Virus record (IMG/VR): IMGVR_UViG_3300021387_000090
Span: 32,001 to 96,000 of that record
DNA length: 64,000 nt
Origin: a virus
Taxonomy: Duplodnaviria > Caudoviricetes
Strand: one strand, 5' to 3'
In this document: positions 50,241 to 59,918 of the stretch, piece after piece
How positions within the stretch are numbered: the stretch's first letter is position 1
Layout of the letters: each line of letters opens with the position of its first letter
Notes under the pieces: generated by a model
Databases searched by the model: none
Seen by the model: the letters and a program-made list of their open reading frames with translations, nothing else
What the model was told of the DNA's origin: nothing
Translations under genes and position numbers: made by a program

Positions 50241-51350
50241 TTATACTCCTGTTATGTTCATTGAACTCATCATTTTTAAGATGTTTATGTTTTGACGAAT
50301 ATTGTCAAACAATCTATTAATATCACCCTTATCCACTTCATCAGGAAAACTAATTCTGATTGTTCTAGCAGCTTCTTCATCGCTCAAACCAATAGCTTTT
50401 AGTACATGACTGGGTTCAGAATTATACGAATTACAAGCAGAACCTGCGGATACATACTCGCCCTGATCATGAAGCAACCCAATTAACTGTTGACCATCAA
50501 TTGGTTCTTTAATTGTAAGACTTAAAATATTATAAAGCCTCTGTGTAGGATGACCGTTTACAGTTGCAAAATCTTGACAATGTTCTACAGCGTATTCATA
50601 TACTTCTTTGAAATAATTCTGTTTTGAATAATCAATTAATTCAACTGCTTTAGCCAAACCCATAATATAAGGTACATTTTCTGTACCACCACGCATATTT
50701 CGTTCTTGTGAACCATATATTAGTGGACTTAGGTATTCCTGCGAATCTTCTTTTATATATATAAATCCAATTCCTTTTGGCGCTCCAATTTTATGGCCTG
50801 AAACGGACAAAGAGTCAACGCCTAATTCCTTTACATCTATCGGAATTTTTCCATACGCTTGAACAGCATCTGTATGGAAAAAAATCTGTCTATCATGTGC
50901 ATACTTTACCAATGTTTTAATATCTTGAACTGTACCAATTTCATTATTTGCCATAATTACGGCAATAATAGCAGAATCTAGGTATACATCATCTAACCAA
51001 CTAGCATATGAAATAACACCAAATTGATCATTGTATAATGTTTTACTAGAATCTCTTACGCCCACGTCAATCGAATGATGTTCCAAACATGATGTTGCAA
51101 CCATAACATCATAATCGTTAGAAACTACCCATGAATTCCCTTCACTACCACCAGAGGTAAAAAAGATCTCCTCTGGTTTTGCATTAATACTTTTTGCAAT
51201 TATTTCTCTGGCCCTTTCAACGTCTCTACGAATTTCTCTGGCAGGTTCATAGATTGCTGAAGGGTTATACCACTTATCTGTAAAATAAGGCATCATAGCC
51301 TTTAATACTTCAGGCTTCACAGGTGTGGTTGCCGCTGTATCCCAATACAT
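50241..51350 (-). CDS. iscS: Cysteine desulfurase (IscS/NifS family)
   Basis: DTAATT, FTSGGSE, NNEIG, DAVQ, SGHKIGAPKG (PLP Lys), SAGSAC (catalytic Cys). Confidence 0.92.
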   Translation of the reverse strand: MYWDTAATTPVKPEVLKAMMPYFTDKWYNPSAIYEPAREIRRDVERAREIIAKSINAKPEEIFFTSGGSEGNSWVVSNDYDVMVATSCLEHHSIDVGVRDSSKTLYNDQFGVISYASWLDDVYLDSAIIAVIMANNEIGTVQDIKTLVKYAHDRQIFFHTDAVQAYGKIPIDVKELGVDSLSVSGHKIGAPKGIGFIYIKEDSQEYLSPLIYGSQERNMRGGTENVPYIMGLAKAVELIDYSKQNYFKEVYEYAVEHCQDFATVNGHPTQRLYNILSLTIKEPIDGQQLIGLLHDQGEYVSAGSACNSYNSEPSHVLKAIGLSDEEAARTIRISFPDEVDKGDINRLFDNIRQNINILKMMSSMNITGV

Positions 51351-51361
51351 ATCTTCTCTCC

Positions 51362-51532
51362 TTATACAATTTCTTCTTCTTCACGAATACGCTTCTTAGA
51401 ATTACGGATATCACCTTGTCTAGTTTCTTTTTTCAAGCGTTCATGAAAAGTTTTTAACTGATAATCTAATTTAGCCATTGTGCTTGTCCACTTTGCATAG
51501 TCTGTATCTCTACCGGGGTGCTTCTTACTCAT
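51362..51532 (-). CDS. Small basic protein (56 aa, not in ORF track)
   Basis: Hand translation MSKKHPGRDTDYAKW...EEEEIV; GGAGG RBS; fills the intergenic gap. Confidence 0.6.
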   Translation of the reverse strand: MSKKHPGRDTDYAKWTSTMAKLDYQLKTFHERLKKETRQGDIRNSKKRIREEEEIV

Positions 51533-51542
51533 TTTGTTCCTC

Positions 51543-52517
51543 CTAAAAAATAATTTTTCTCTTTTCTATAACCTTGTTATTTGGATCCCAAACTTTATTT
51601 ACATCAAATGTTTTATTTGAAGGTGTCCATTTACTGTAATAATCACATAGGGTTTTGAATTCATGAGCATTTGGATTATTATTACAGAAATTACAATAAT
51701 AACAAAGGGGAGTGGGATTGGGACTCCAAAAACCAGACTTCTTGTTATCATCAATCTTATCAAAAATGTTAGTAAGTTTTTTAATAAGTCGTTTTTCCCA
51801 ACCCTTTGTCAGTGCCAACTGACTATCATCTATACAAATAAAACGATATAAACTTTCAATAGGTAATCGTCCAAATTCATTTAGAATTGCAAGAGCATAT
51901 ATTCCAAACTGTAAAGATGTTGCCAATTTTGAAGCATCATATGGTTTCTTAGATGTTTTATAATCAACGGTTCTATATACAATCCCATTTTTACAATCAA
52001 TCCTATCTATAAAACCATGTATAATTGCTCGATCATCCCAAACAAATTCAAAAGGCTTCTCAAAAGCTATTGGTTCCCATCCGTCATCCTGCTCCATTTC
52101 TTCTTGCATCACATCATGGAATCTTTCAACCTTCCAATCATAAGTATGTCCTTCAGAATCTGGAACACTCCACGTTTCCCAATATTTGGCTTTAAGGTCA
52201 TTTAATCCCAACAAATCGTTTTTTGTTTTTTCTGTAATTTCATGAAATCCATACTGTTCAAGGTCATAAAGTTTTTCATAATTTACAGCAGTGTGGGTTA
52301 ACATCAATCCTTTGTTTTCAAGAACTAAATGAAATAATGATCCCAATTCAAGTGCCAAACTTGTATCAGAACTATAATGTTGATCTTGATACTTAAATTG
52401 ATAAGCCATTGGACAATTTAAGTATTGCTCTAATTTTGAATAAGAAAAAGTTTCTAAATTCTTCTTATCCTTTTCAGTTACATTTCTTATATACGGTCTT
52501 AACAAATCTTCATTCAT
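51543..52517 (-). CDS. PD-(D/E)XK nuclease (RecB/Cas4/AddB-like) with Cys cluster
   Basis: SYSKL..CP, GFIDRID, VDYKT, QFGIY, CYYCNFC. Confidence 0.88.
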   Translation of the reverse strand: MNEDLLRPYIRNVTEKDKKNLETFSYSKLEQYLNCPMAYQFKYQDQHYSSDTSLALELGSLFHLVLENKGLMLTHTAVNYEKLYDLEQYGFHEITEKTKNDLLGLNDLKAKYWETWSVPDSEGHTYDWKVERFHDVMQEEMEQDDGWEPIAFEKPFEFVWDDRAIIHGFIDRIDCKNGIVYRTVDYKTSKKPYDASKLATSLQFGIYALAILNEFGRLPIESLYRFICIDDSQLALTKGWEKRLIKKLTNIFDKIDDNKKSGFWSPNPTPLCYYCNFCNNNPNAHEFKTLCDYYSKWTPSNKTFDVNKVWDPNNKVIEKRKIIF

Positions 52518-53682
52518 TCTTTTTCATTCCAATCTTCTTTATATCTTCTAATGTGATAACGTACTTCTCTTCCATTAATTCAAGAAGTATTTCTTTACCA
52601 CGATCTGTAGGGCTATCTTTAAATCCCAATCTATCTTTTTTATCTGCTACTATGCAGACCTTTACATAAGGAACCAAAGGTGCGACTTTCTTTAATTGCT
52701 TTTGCCACCAGACTTCAGCTTCAAAAGAATCTGCTTCATGATAATCACGATCTGGAGCATAAATTACTTCGCTAACCTTAAGTTCTTCTAATATAATTTT
52801 TATTTGTGTTAATGTTATCGCTGACCCACATGTTGCCACTGTAAAACTATCTTCACCAAAATAACTATAGCTTTGTAAGACAGATTTTTCTGCTTCAACG
52901 AGCATAATCTTTTTCTTTCGTAAGATAGCGTCTTTTACAACATGTAAACCATAAAGATTACTGCCAAGAGGATGAGATAATGTTTGCCCATTGATCTGAA
53001 GCGGAACATACTTACCAATAGCTTCAATATCTGCCTTATCTAAATACCTGCCCCGCACTCCAATAAGTCGATTATTACTATCAAAATGAGGAATCGTAAT
53101 TTGATTAGCCAAACCATAATATCCAATATCGAATCTACCTAATGCTTCTCGGCTAATATGATCATTAAGCCATTCCTCATGAGGAATATAACAAAAAATG
53201 TCTAAGACATTTTCATTAACCTCTGATAATGTTGGAACACTTTTTCTACGTTTTTGTGCAGAACGTATTCTATCTATCCAACTAAAATCTTCAACTTTAA
53301 CTTCATCCTGCTTAGATGTTGTAGCATATTCAAGTTTCCCAGTTACTTGTGCTATCCACCTTAAAGCTTTATACCATGTATACGTCTTGCCCTGTTGACG
53401 CATAGCTCGAATAACTAATTCAACAATATCATAGCTATCTGAGCAGGTATAACAATGGAACATTCCATGCCGCCGATTTTCATATTCAATACCGGGTTTA
53501 TGGTAATAAATAAGTTTGTATGGTGAATCTCCACCATGACAAATACAAGTACTAAAGCATGGATTACCCGCATTATCAATTTTATATTCAGGACTTCCCA
53601 GTAGTCCACAAATTTTAATAACATCATCTATAGTAAGCGAATCTAATATGTAATTTTTATCTAAATATTGCATACGACTCAC
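52510..53682 (-). CDS. DNA primase (zinc-binding + TOPRIM)
   Basis: CH...CYTC zinc finger, IPHF..IGVRGR, LYGL, VEAEKS, PDRD, KDSPTD. Confidence 0.85.
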   Translation of the reverse strand: MSRMQYLDKNYILDSLTIDDVIKICGLLGSPEYKIDNAGNPCFSTCICHGGDSPYKLIYYHKPGIEYENRRHGMFHCYTCSDSYDIVELVIRAMRQQGKTYTWYKALRWIAQVTGKLEYATTSKQDEVKVEDFSWIDRIRSAQKRRKSVPTLSEVNENVLDIFCYIPHEEWLNDHISREALGRFDIGYYGLANQITIPHFDSNNRLIGVRGRYLDKADIEAIGKYVPLQINGQTLSHPLGSNLYGLHVVKDAILRKKKIMLVEAEKSVLQSYSYFGEDSFTVATCGSAITLTQIKIILEELKVSEVIYAPDRDYHEADSFEAEVWWQKQLKKVAPLVPYVKVCIVADKKDRLGFKDSPTDRGKEILLELMEEKYVITLEDIKKIGMKKNE

Positions 53683-53686
53683 CTAC

Positions 53687-55342
53687 CTAAAATATTAATT
53701 TGTTATCTTCGTCAAATGGCAACTCGGGTTTTTCGTTCGTATCTTCATGGCTTTCTTCTAGTAAATCAGGATCGGTTTCAGCAATATTAATTCCCACACT
53801 ATTTTCTTTTACAATTGTATCGACTCTTTCAATCTGTGTGAGATCCATTGGCTGAAGTTCGAAATCAAAATCAGTAACAAAACAATCCTGAATTCTCATA
53901 GTGCCTAAATCAATATGGCTTAAAACAATGATACGAGATAGCTTACCTTGACGAACCTTATAACACCACTGCAACAAATTAATTTCAGGACATCCAATCT
54001 TATGTTTGGTAATTGCTTCTATTTTTTTCTTCTCAGCAGCGTTGGGTCTTGATGAAATAATACCAATATCTATTTTATTAGCAATAGCTTTGGAACCTTG
54101 CAAAACTGTATGGTCTTTATATCTAGCATCTATTGAATCAGCAGACAACTGAGTACCTGAAATAATAGCTATGTCTAATCTTTCAGCTAACGCTTTCATT
54201 CTAGTTGAAAAGATTAATAAGATCTGCCATTCCTGTAAACGCATACTTGACTTTTGATTTACTTCACTCGAAAGTCTCATGCTGTTTTGAAGGTAGTCGA
54301 AGATAAAAATCTCAACCTGATAAGTTAATACATACCGTTTAGCAATATTCTCAATATCTGTAATACTGTAATCATCACAATATATAAGATATAAAGGGCT
54401 TTCTGCAATATATCTGGCAGCTTCATGAACTCGTTCAAGTTCACCATCTTTATATTCACCCTCAAGAATATGCTCTTCGTTTACGCCTGAGACAGCGGCT
54501 AATACAATAGTCTGAAATTCTCTTAAACTACCTTCTGTACCTATGTATAAAGTAGGTACATTGTGTCCAGTATGAATAAACTTCTTTTCTTTTTGATCCC
54601 ATGTATAGGGCACAGCAAAATTGCAAGCATCCATGAGAAATTGTCTTGATTTGCCCACACCCGTACTTGCTGACCGTAAATAAAATTTACCTCTTCTAGC
54701 ACCTCGACATATGGCATTCAAAAAAGGACTTGTAAAACCATATCCCCAATCTGGCGTATCCAATAACTCATCGATCAAACTATCCATACCATCACCTGCC
54801 TGAATACTTTCTGAAAGCATTTCAGAACAATAATCCATTTTAGGTGATATCACGAATTCATTTTCGACAATATCGACAATATCCTTTTCAGAATAATTAT
54901 CAAATTTTTGTTTTTCTTGCTCTATTGTTTTTTCATCTACCGCCGCCCAATCATAAATCAATTTTCGAGTATCTAACCCCTTTGACTCATAATATCGCAG
55001 TAGTGATAACTTCTTCATTATGTGATAGAAGTAATCATAGTTTTCAAGACTGGCAATTTCTCTGGCATTGACCAAATACTCTAATCCATGATTATCCTGA
55101 AAAATTCTATATTGATCTTTATAATGGCTAAGATAAGAATCAATAGCAAATTCATCCAAATTCGTACACCCTTGTACATAAAGGTTGTACATTGCCACAT
55201 AAAGTAATTCATAAAATGGTTCACTCTTAAAATCTTGTCTACTAAGAGGATGATCCATGTCATCTATCAGAGAAGGATCTTGTTGAATGCATCCTAATAC
55301 ATTCAAGAAAGCCCTCTTATCAACAAGTCCTTCATAAGTCAT
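53687..55342 (-). CDS. dnaB: Replicative DnaB-like helicase
   Basis: RGAR, ASTGVGKS (Walker A), FDYLQ, TQLS, GSKAIANKID, KVRQG. Confidence 0.88.
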   Translation of the reverse strand: MTYEGLVDKRAFLNVLGCIQQDPSLIDDMDHPLSRQDFKSEPFYELLYVAMYNLYVQGCTNLDEFAIDSYLSHYKDQYRIFQDNHGLEYLVNAREIASLENYDYFYHIMKKLSLLRYYESKGLDTRKLIYDWAAVDEKTIEQEKQKFDNYSEKDIVDIVENEFVISPKMDYCSEMLSESIQAGDGMDSLIDELLDTPDWGYGFTSPFLNAICRGARRGKFYLRSASTGVGKSRQFLMDACNFAVPYTWDQKEKKFIHTGHNVPTLYIGTEGSLREFQTIVLAAVSGVNEEHILEGEYKDGELERVHEAARYIAESPLYLIYCDDYSITDIENIAKRYVLTYQVEIFIFDYLQNSMRLSSEVNQKSSMRLQEWQILLIFSTRMKALAERLDIAIISGTQLSADSIDARYKDHTVLQGSKAIANKIDIGIISSRPNAAEKKKIEAITKHKIGCPEINLLQWCYKVRQGKLSRIIVLSHIDLGTMRIQDCFVTDFDFELQPMDLTQIERVDTIVKENSVGINIAETDPDLLEESHEDTNEKPELPFDEDNKLIF

Positions 55343-55358
55343 TGGTTACTACTCTCCT

Positions 55359-56489
55359 TTATTTAATACTCTCTCGCTCTTTCCCAGTAGAGTAAAGAGT
55401 TTGAATTGAATTTAAATTATCATACATATAATCAGGAACAGCAATCTCATTCTTATGAGTAATCACAACTTTAAATTCTCGATCAAATGAATCTTTTCTT
55501 AATCTCTCTAAGAAATTATAATCCATTTGTCCATATCTAATTGTTCCCTGAAATTCATTAGGAATATTTGTTTCATCATAAAGCCCTATACTTAATTGCT
55601 TATCTTCTTTAAAATTAGGATCAATACCATGCCTTGTCAAATAAGTTCTTGTAACATAATAAGGTTCTGTATAAAAACCAAGTTTTTGTTCAAGCACTCG
55701 GACATTATCGAGTCCTGTGTTTGATGGAGTAGTATGGACGTTATCAGGATCGTCATTTAATAACAACCCTTGACCGTTTTCAAAAATCACTTCATCGTAT
55801 TTTTTAATGATCTCTGCATCGCACCACATAGTATGATTTAACATAAAATAGCAATCTTGAAGATATTTTTCAATAATAGCATCATTCTCTGTATAAAGGA
55901 TTTTACTCCAGTTTAAAATAACTTGATTGGATATTTCTTGATTTTCTTTATATCGTTTAAAATTATAATCAAAATAATTCTTTCTAATTTTAATCCAATC
56001 ACAAAACGACTTAATATCACCCCATGTGCAAACAGAAAAATCATTATATAATTTTACTGTTTGCCAAATACCCATGCCACAACTACCGTGTCGCTTTTCA
56101 CCACGACTTTCTTCTAGCATTTGATTTAAATACATCTCATACGGAGTGGTAATGCGACATTTTTTATCAATATAAACGTGAGAATAAAATCCCATTTTAT
56201 TTAATTCTTTATATTCCTGTACAAAAACCATAGGGTTTATAATAAAGAATTCTGAAAGATAAGTATCTGCACCTATAAAAGTACCAGACCCAAAATGACG
56301 AAAAGCATGTTTGATACCTTCAACTAAGGAGACGGTATGAGAGCGTTGTGGGCCACCATTATTTAAAACTACTAATGTCTTATAACCTTTTTGAATTGCT
56401 TGATTAGCAAGATAATCTGTAACTAACCCTTTTCCTTCGTCACCCGCATTCATCCCTACTACAACCTTTGATCTCACATCTATTCCCAT
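55359..56489 (-). CDS. Divergent adenylosuccinate synthetase (PurA-like)
   Basis: GDEGKG P-loop, HTV, HGSCGMG, FENGQGLLL, TPSNTG, RTYLTRHG, TN..N.FQG..RYG. Confidence 0.85.
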   Translation of the reverse strand: MGIDVRSKVVVGMNAGDEGKGLVTDYLANQAIQKGYKTLVVLNNGGPQRSHTVSLVEGIKHAFRHFGSGTFIGADTYLSEFFIINPMVFVQEYKELNKMGFYSHVYIDKKCRITTPYEMYLNQMLEESRGEKRHGSCGMGIWQTVKLYNDFSVCTWGDIKSFCDWIKIRKNYFDYNFKRYKENQEISNQVILNWSKILYTENDAIIEKYLQDCYFMLNHTMWCDAEIIKKYDEVIFENGQGLLLNDDPDNVHTTPSNTGLDNVRVLEQKLGFYTEPYYVTRTYLTRHGIDPNFKEDKQLSIGLYDETNIPNEFQGTIRYGQMDYNFLERLRKDSFDREFKVVITHKNEIAVPDYMYDNLNSIQTLYSTGKERESIK

Positions 56490-56507
56490 ATCGTCTCCTT
56501 TATTAAA

Positions 56508-57383
56508 TCACCAACTAATTTCACCTTGATTAATTACTGCCGAAGTGGAGGAAGTCCCATTATAATGATTAATAATTAAATCAATAATTATTTTAGCAAG
56601 ATCATCTATTTCCTCACAACAAACAACATTCTGATCGCCAATTATCTTCGCAAAAGTAGGTTTAATATTTTTATAATCATATATGCTTTCCTTATGATGG
56701 TTTACATGAATATGAAATACATCATATTTTTCCGACACTTCTCTATAAAGGTCTTTCGTATCAATGTCATTCTGCAAATCATCTCCAATTTTCGCAGCCA
56801 ATGTTTCTTTTGGAAGATAGGGATTTAATTGTTCATCGCCAATTGTAATAATAATTCCTTTTTGCCCACGCTTCCAACAATCAAGTTTAGTGTGTCTAGC
56901 TCCCATATACCATGCTACAGTATAGGATTCATATGAATTGCCTCCACCACCAAATTCAAAATACACTTTGTCCATTTGCTCTGCGATTCTAATATCGGAT
57001 TCAAACTGACTAATCTGAGTAGGATATCTGTCATAAGCAAGATCACCAATTCCCATGATACAAAATTCGACATCTATCAATTCCTTATACAAAGATTCCA
57101 TAATAATATTCAACTTTTTAGCTGCCTCAACCGCTGCATCGCCCATGCTACCAGTTACATCAAGCGCAATAATTACAGGCTTTGTTTCAGGATGCTCTTC
57201 TGTATCAAGGCATTCTCTCATTACTTGATAAGGGACCAAAGATTTATTAATTGATACCTGTTTGTAAATATCTTGAGTAGAATTTACACCCACAATAGAA
57301 CCAAGACTGTCAACTGTGGCTCCTGATTTTGTGCTTGTTGTGTAATTTATAAAGCTACTCCTCGTCCAAGATCCACTACCCAT
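56508..57383 (-). CDS. vWA-domain protein
   Basis: MIDAS-like LDVTGSM, QFESD, GGGNSYESY, IGDE; MGSGSW N-terminus. Confidence 0.82.
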   Translation of the reverse strand: MGSGSWTRSSFINYTTSTKSGATVDSLGSIVGVNSTQDIYKQVSINKSLVPYQVMRECLDTEEHPETKPVIIALDVTGSMGDAAVEAAKKLNIIMESLYKELIDVEFCIMGIGDLAYDRYPTQISQFESDIRIAEQMDKVYFEFGGGGNSYESYTVAWYMGARHTKLDCWKRGQKGIIITIGDEQLNPYLPKETLAAKIGDDLQNDIDTKDLYREVSEKYDVFHIHVNHHKESIYDYKNIKPTFAKIIGDQNVVCCEEIDDLAKIIIDLIINHYNGTSSTSAVINQGEISW

Positions 57384-58036
57384 TATTCCATCTCCTTGTC
57401 TTCTGATTCATCCTCTTCAGTTTCGTCCATACCTAGATCGAAATTCACATCTTCCAAATTAAACATACCATCAAATATATTACTGACATTCCCACCACTA
57501 AGCATCATTAAAGGAAGCATCCATCCCAGACTATCCGTCATGCCATTGGATGCATTACTACCTTTCACCATCTGTGACATTAACATATATTTCATAATGT
57601 TATTAACGCCACCTTTTTTAGAAAAATTATTGCCAAATAAGCTAACAATTTTTCCATAAAAATAGGTCGATCCCATAAACACATGACGTTCAGGAAGTAC
57701 GTTCTCAATAGTACTGTCTTCATAATTGATAACTGTAATCTTTGTTTTATCAATATTGATTACACAACGAGGTGTCCCATTTACAAGAATAATATCTCCT
57801 TTTTCTACTTTACTGGTTGGAATTAAAAAGAAGAAATCTTCACCAATATCAAATACAAAGTTACTCTGATTAGTAAGCCTACCAGTTTTTACATTATAAG
57901 ATTTATAACCATTACTTGTCTTAATAGCAATTTTCCCATTCATAGTCATACGGCACATACCGGGAGCAATTTTTCCAAACATTCCATTAAACATATTTGT
58001 CATATTCATATCCTTATTCTCCTTTTTTAATAACAA
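57383..58036 (-). CDS. Conserved hypothetical protein with Met-rich C-terminus
   Basis: Translationally coupled to the vWA gene. Confidence 0.7.
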   Translation of the reverse strand: MLLKKENKDMNMTNMFNGMFGKIAPGMCRMTMNGKIAIKTSNGYKSYNVKTGRLTNQSNFVFDIGEDFFFLIPTSKVEKGDIILVNGTPRCVINIDKTKITVINYEDSTIENVLPERHVFMGSTYFYGKIVSLFGNNFSKKGGVNNIMKYMLMSQMVKGSNASNGMTDSLGWMLPLMMLSGGNVSNIFDGMFNLEDVNFDLGMDETEEDESEDKEME

Positions 58037-58218
58037 GGGTTATAATCATCATAATTAAATCTTTCTTCACCATCTATATAATCATAAATGCCTGTCTCTA
58101 AACTCTGATGAAGTTCATCTGCCATATGTTCAATATCTTCAATACTTTTAGGTTCCAGTGATTCAATAAAATCTGCAATAAATATTTCAAAATCAATAAT
58201 ATTTTTATATGGAATCAT
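58027..58218 (-). CDS. Hypothetical protein
   Basis: 63-aa ORF coupled to the upstream gene. Confidence 0.6.
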   Translation of the reverse strand: MIPYKNIIDFEIFIADFIESLEPKSIEDIEHMADELHQSLETGIYDYIDGEERFNYDDYNPCY

Positions 58219-58811
58219 TTTACCTCTCCTATACTTGCGATATCTAATTCTTTTATTTTTCGTTTCTGTGGTTTTATCTGAATAATTTTCTTAGGGTAGT
58301 ATTTAGACCAATTAATTTTCTTGTTATTATCTTCAATATTCTTTAATTCTTGATTAAATTGTTCTGCTTCAGAATAATAATAGGGAATGATACCAACAAC
58401 GTCACCTTTTAATTCTTTTTGCAGAATTTCGTTAAGATAAACCAGTGTCTGATACATTCCCTCAAAAGTAAAATTATAATGATCTATATACCTTTCTGAA
58501 ACAGCTAATTGCTTTACAGACAGTTCTTCCTCTGGAATTAATGTTTTAAGATACGCATAATATTTTTTCTTTTTTGCGTACTCTTCTTCACTCATTCCGT
58601 CTTTAAGAAGCGCCTGTGGCTTTTGTTTTTTAACCGCTCCAGTTTTCTTCTTACCCTCCGCTTTAACAGCTAAAGTCGCCTTCTTTTGTTGATTAATTTC
58701 CTTCATGGCTGCATCAAAACAATGTTGATGAGCATATTTACCTTTATACGGCACACTAGACTCTGCAGGGGAGATATTCTCCCCGCAGAGTACGCATTTT
58801 CTTGGACGCAT
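58215..58811 (-). CDS. Zinc-binding protein, possibly replication-associated
   Basis: CVLC...HQHC N-terminus; GIIPYYY motif. Confidence 0.6.
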   Translation of the reverse strand: MRPRKCVLCGENISPAESSVPYKGKYAHQHCFDAAMKEINQQKKATLAVKAEGKKKTGAVKKQKPQALLKDGMSEEEYAKKKKYYAYLKTLIPEEELSVKQLAVSERYIDHYNFTFEGMYQTLVYLNEILQKELKGDVVGIIPYYYSEAEQFNQELKNIEDNNKKINWSKYYPKKIIQIKPQKRKIKELDIASIGEVK

Positions 58812-58813
58812 AA

Positions 58814-59884
58814 TTACAATAATCCTTGTAATTCATTCAGAATAACTTCTACAGCTTCCTGCTGTTTAGGGGTACAATTTGAAACTAAAGCGCCTTTACC
58901 AAGAACTGCTTCAACTACTTCCGTAAGCTTTTCTTTAGAACCGTATTTCTCAACAATCTTCATGCCAGTTTCCTGAACTTCTGTCATAAGATCATCAAAA
59001 TCCCGCTTTTCAGTTTCAAACATAGCGTCTCGTTCTTCTTTACTTACTGCCTTAATACCATCGGCTTTTTCCTGACGATCAATTGCATTATAGTAAGCCT
59101 GAATTAGATTATCTGCTGTAAAATCTTCAATCACAGGATCGAAGTATTCATTTCTTGTTCTAGCAAAATACTCATCAGTTCCTGCAAGCATTAAAGAAGA
59201 ATGAATAGGTTTCCCAGTATCGGGATCTACACCATTACCTTTTACATATCCAATCACATCACTGTGATTAAGGATGATAGGAAGCATTCTCTTTCTATCC
59301 CCAACAGGGAAGAATCTACCATCTTCATCTGCAATAGCGTGTAAGATAAAAATCACATAAAAACCGCTACCAATAATCTTAAGCATTGCAGACTCCCATT
59401 CAGCCTTTAAGTCACCCCAAAGGCCATAGCCACCATTGCCCTCTTTAATTTTATTAACACCTTCACTATTTGCTACATACTTCTCGCAATAAGAATAAAG
59501 GACTTCAACTTCATCTAAGATAAAGCCTTTATACTTCTTGTGCAGAGCGTCATAATTCTTAGGGTCTGAAACCGTTTTAACAAACTTCAAAAAATCACCC
59601 CAAGATTTAATAGACGTAAAAGCTACATTGTTCAGTCCACTTAATCCTGATTTACCAAAAGCCAAATATAAAGGATCTGGCATATCAACGGCTACGGGTG
59701 TCTTACCTAAACCGCCCAATCCGTACCAACAAGCAATGAAATTATCAAGTGATCTCGTTACTCTAGATACCTTGGCGTTTAAAATATCATCAAGCGAAAA
59801 GGCTGCAACTTTTTTAGTTTCTTCTACCAGTTCTTCAATTCCTACATTTTCGTTTTCTTGTTTCTCTTTTGCTTTAGTAGCCAT
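58814..59884 (-). CDS. AAA_24 / Sak4-like ATPase (single-strand annealing protein)
   Basis: YGLGGLGKT, ILDE, GYG, FILH, DVIGY. Confidence 0.8.
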   Translation of the reverse strand: MATKAKEKQENENVGIEELVEETKKVAAFSLDDILNAKVSRVTRSLDNFIACWYGLGGLGKTPVAVDMPDPLYLAFGKSGLSGLNNVAFTSIKSWGDFLKFVKTVSDPKNYDALHKKYKGFILDEVEVLYSYCEKYVANSEGVNKIKEGNGGYGLWGDLKAEWESAMLKIIGSGFYVIFILHAIADEDGRFFPVGDRKRMLPIILNHSDVIGYVKGNGVDPDTGKPIHSSLMLAGTDEYFARTRNEYFDPVIEDFTADNLIQAYYNAIDRQEKADGIKAVSKEERDAMFETEKRDFDDLMTEVQETGMKIVEKYGSKEKLTEVVEAVLGKGALVSNCTPKQQEAVEVILNELQGLL

Positions 59885-59918
59885 ATTCTATTTCACCTCG
59901 CTTCTATTCACTTTTAGA

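Noticed and set aside
50241-51350. DndA of a DNA phosphorothioation system
   Set aside because: No dndBCDE or ssp partner genes recognised; a general IscS-type role is simpler.
55359-56489. PurZ and a 2-aminoadenine (Z) genome
   Set aside because: The enzyme keeps the PurA-type Asp in GDEGKG, where PurZ has Ser; no DatZ-like HD phosphohydrolase was recognised in the window.
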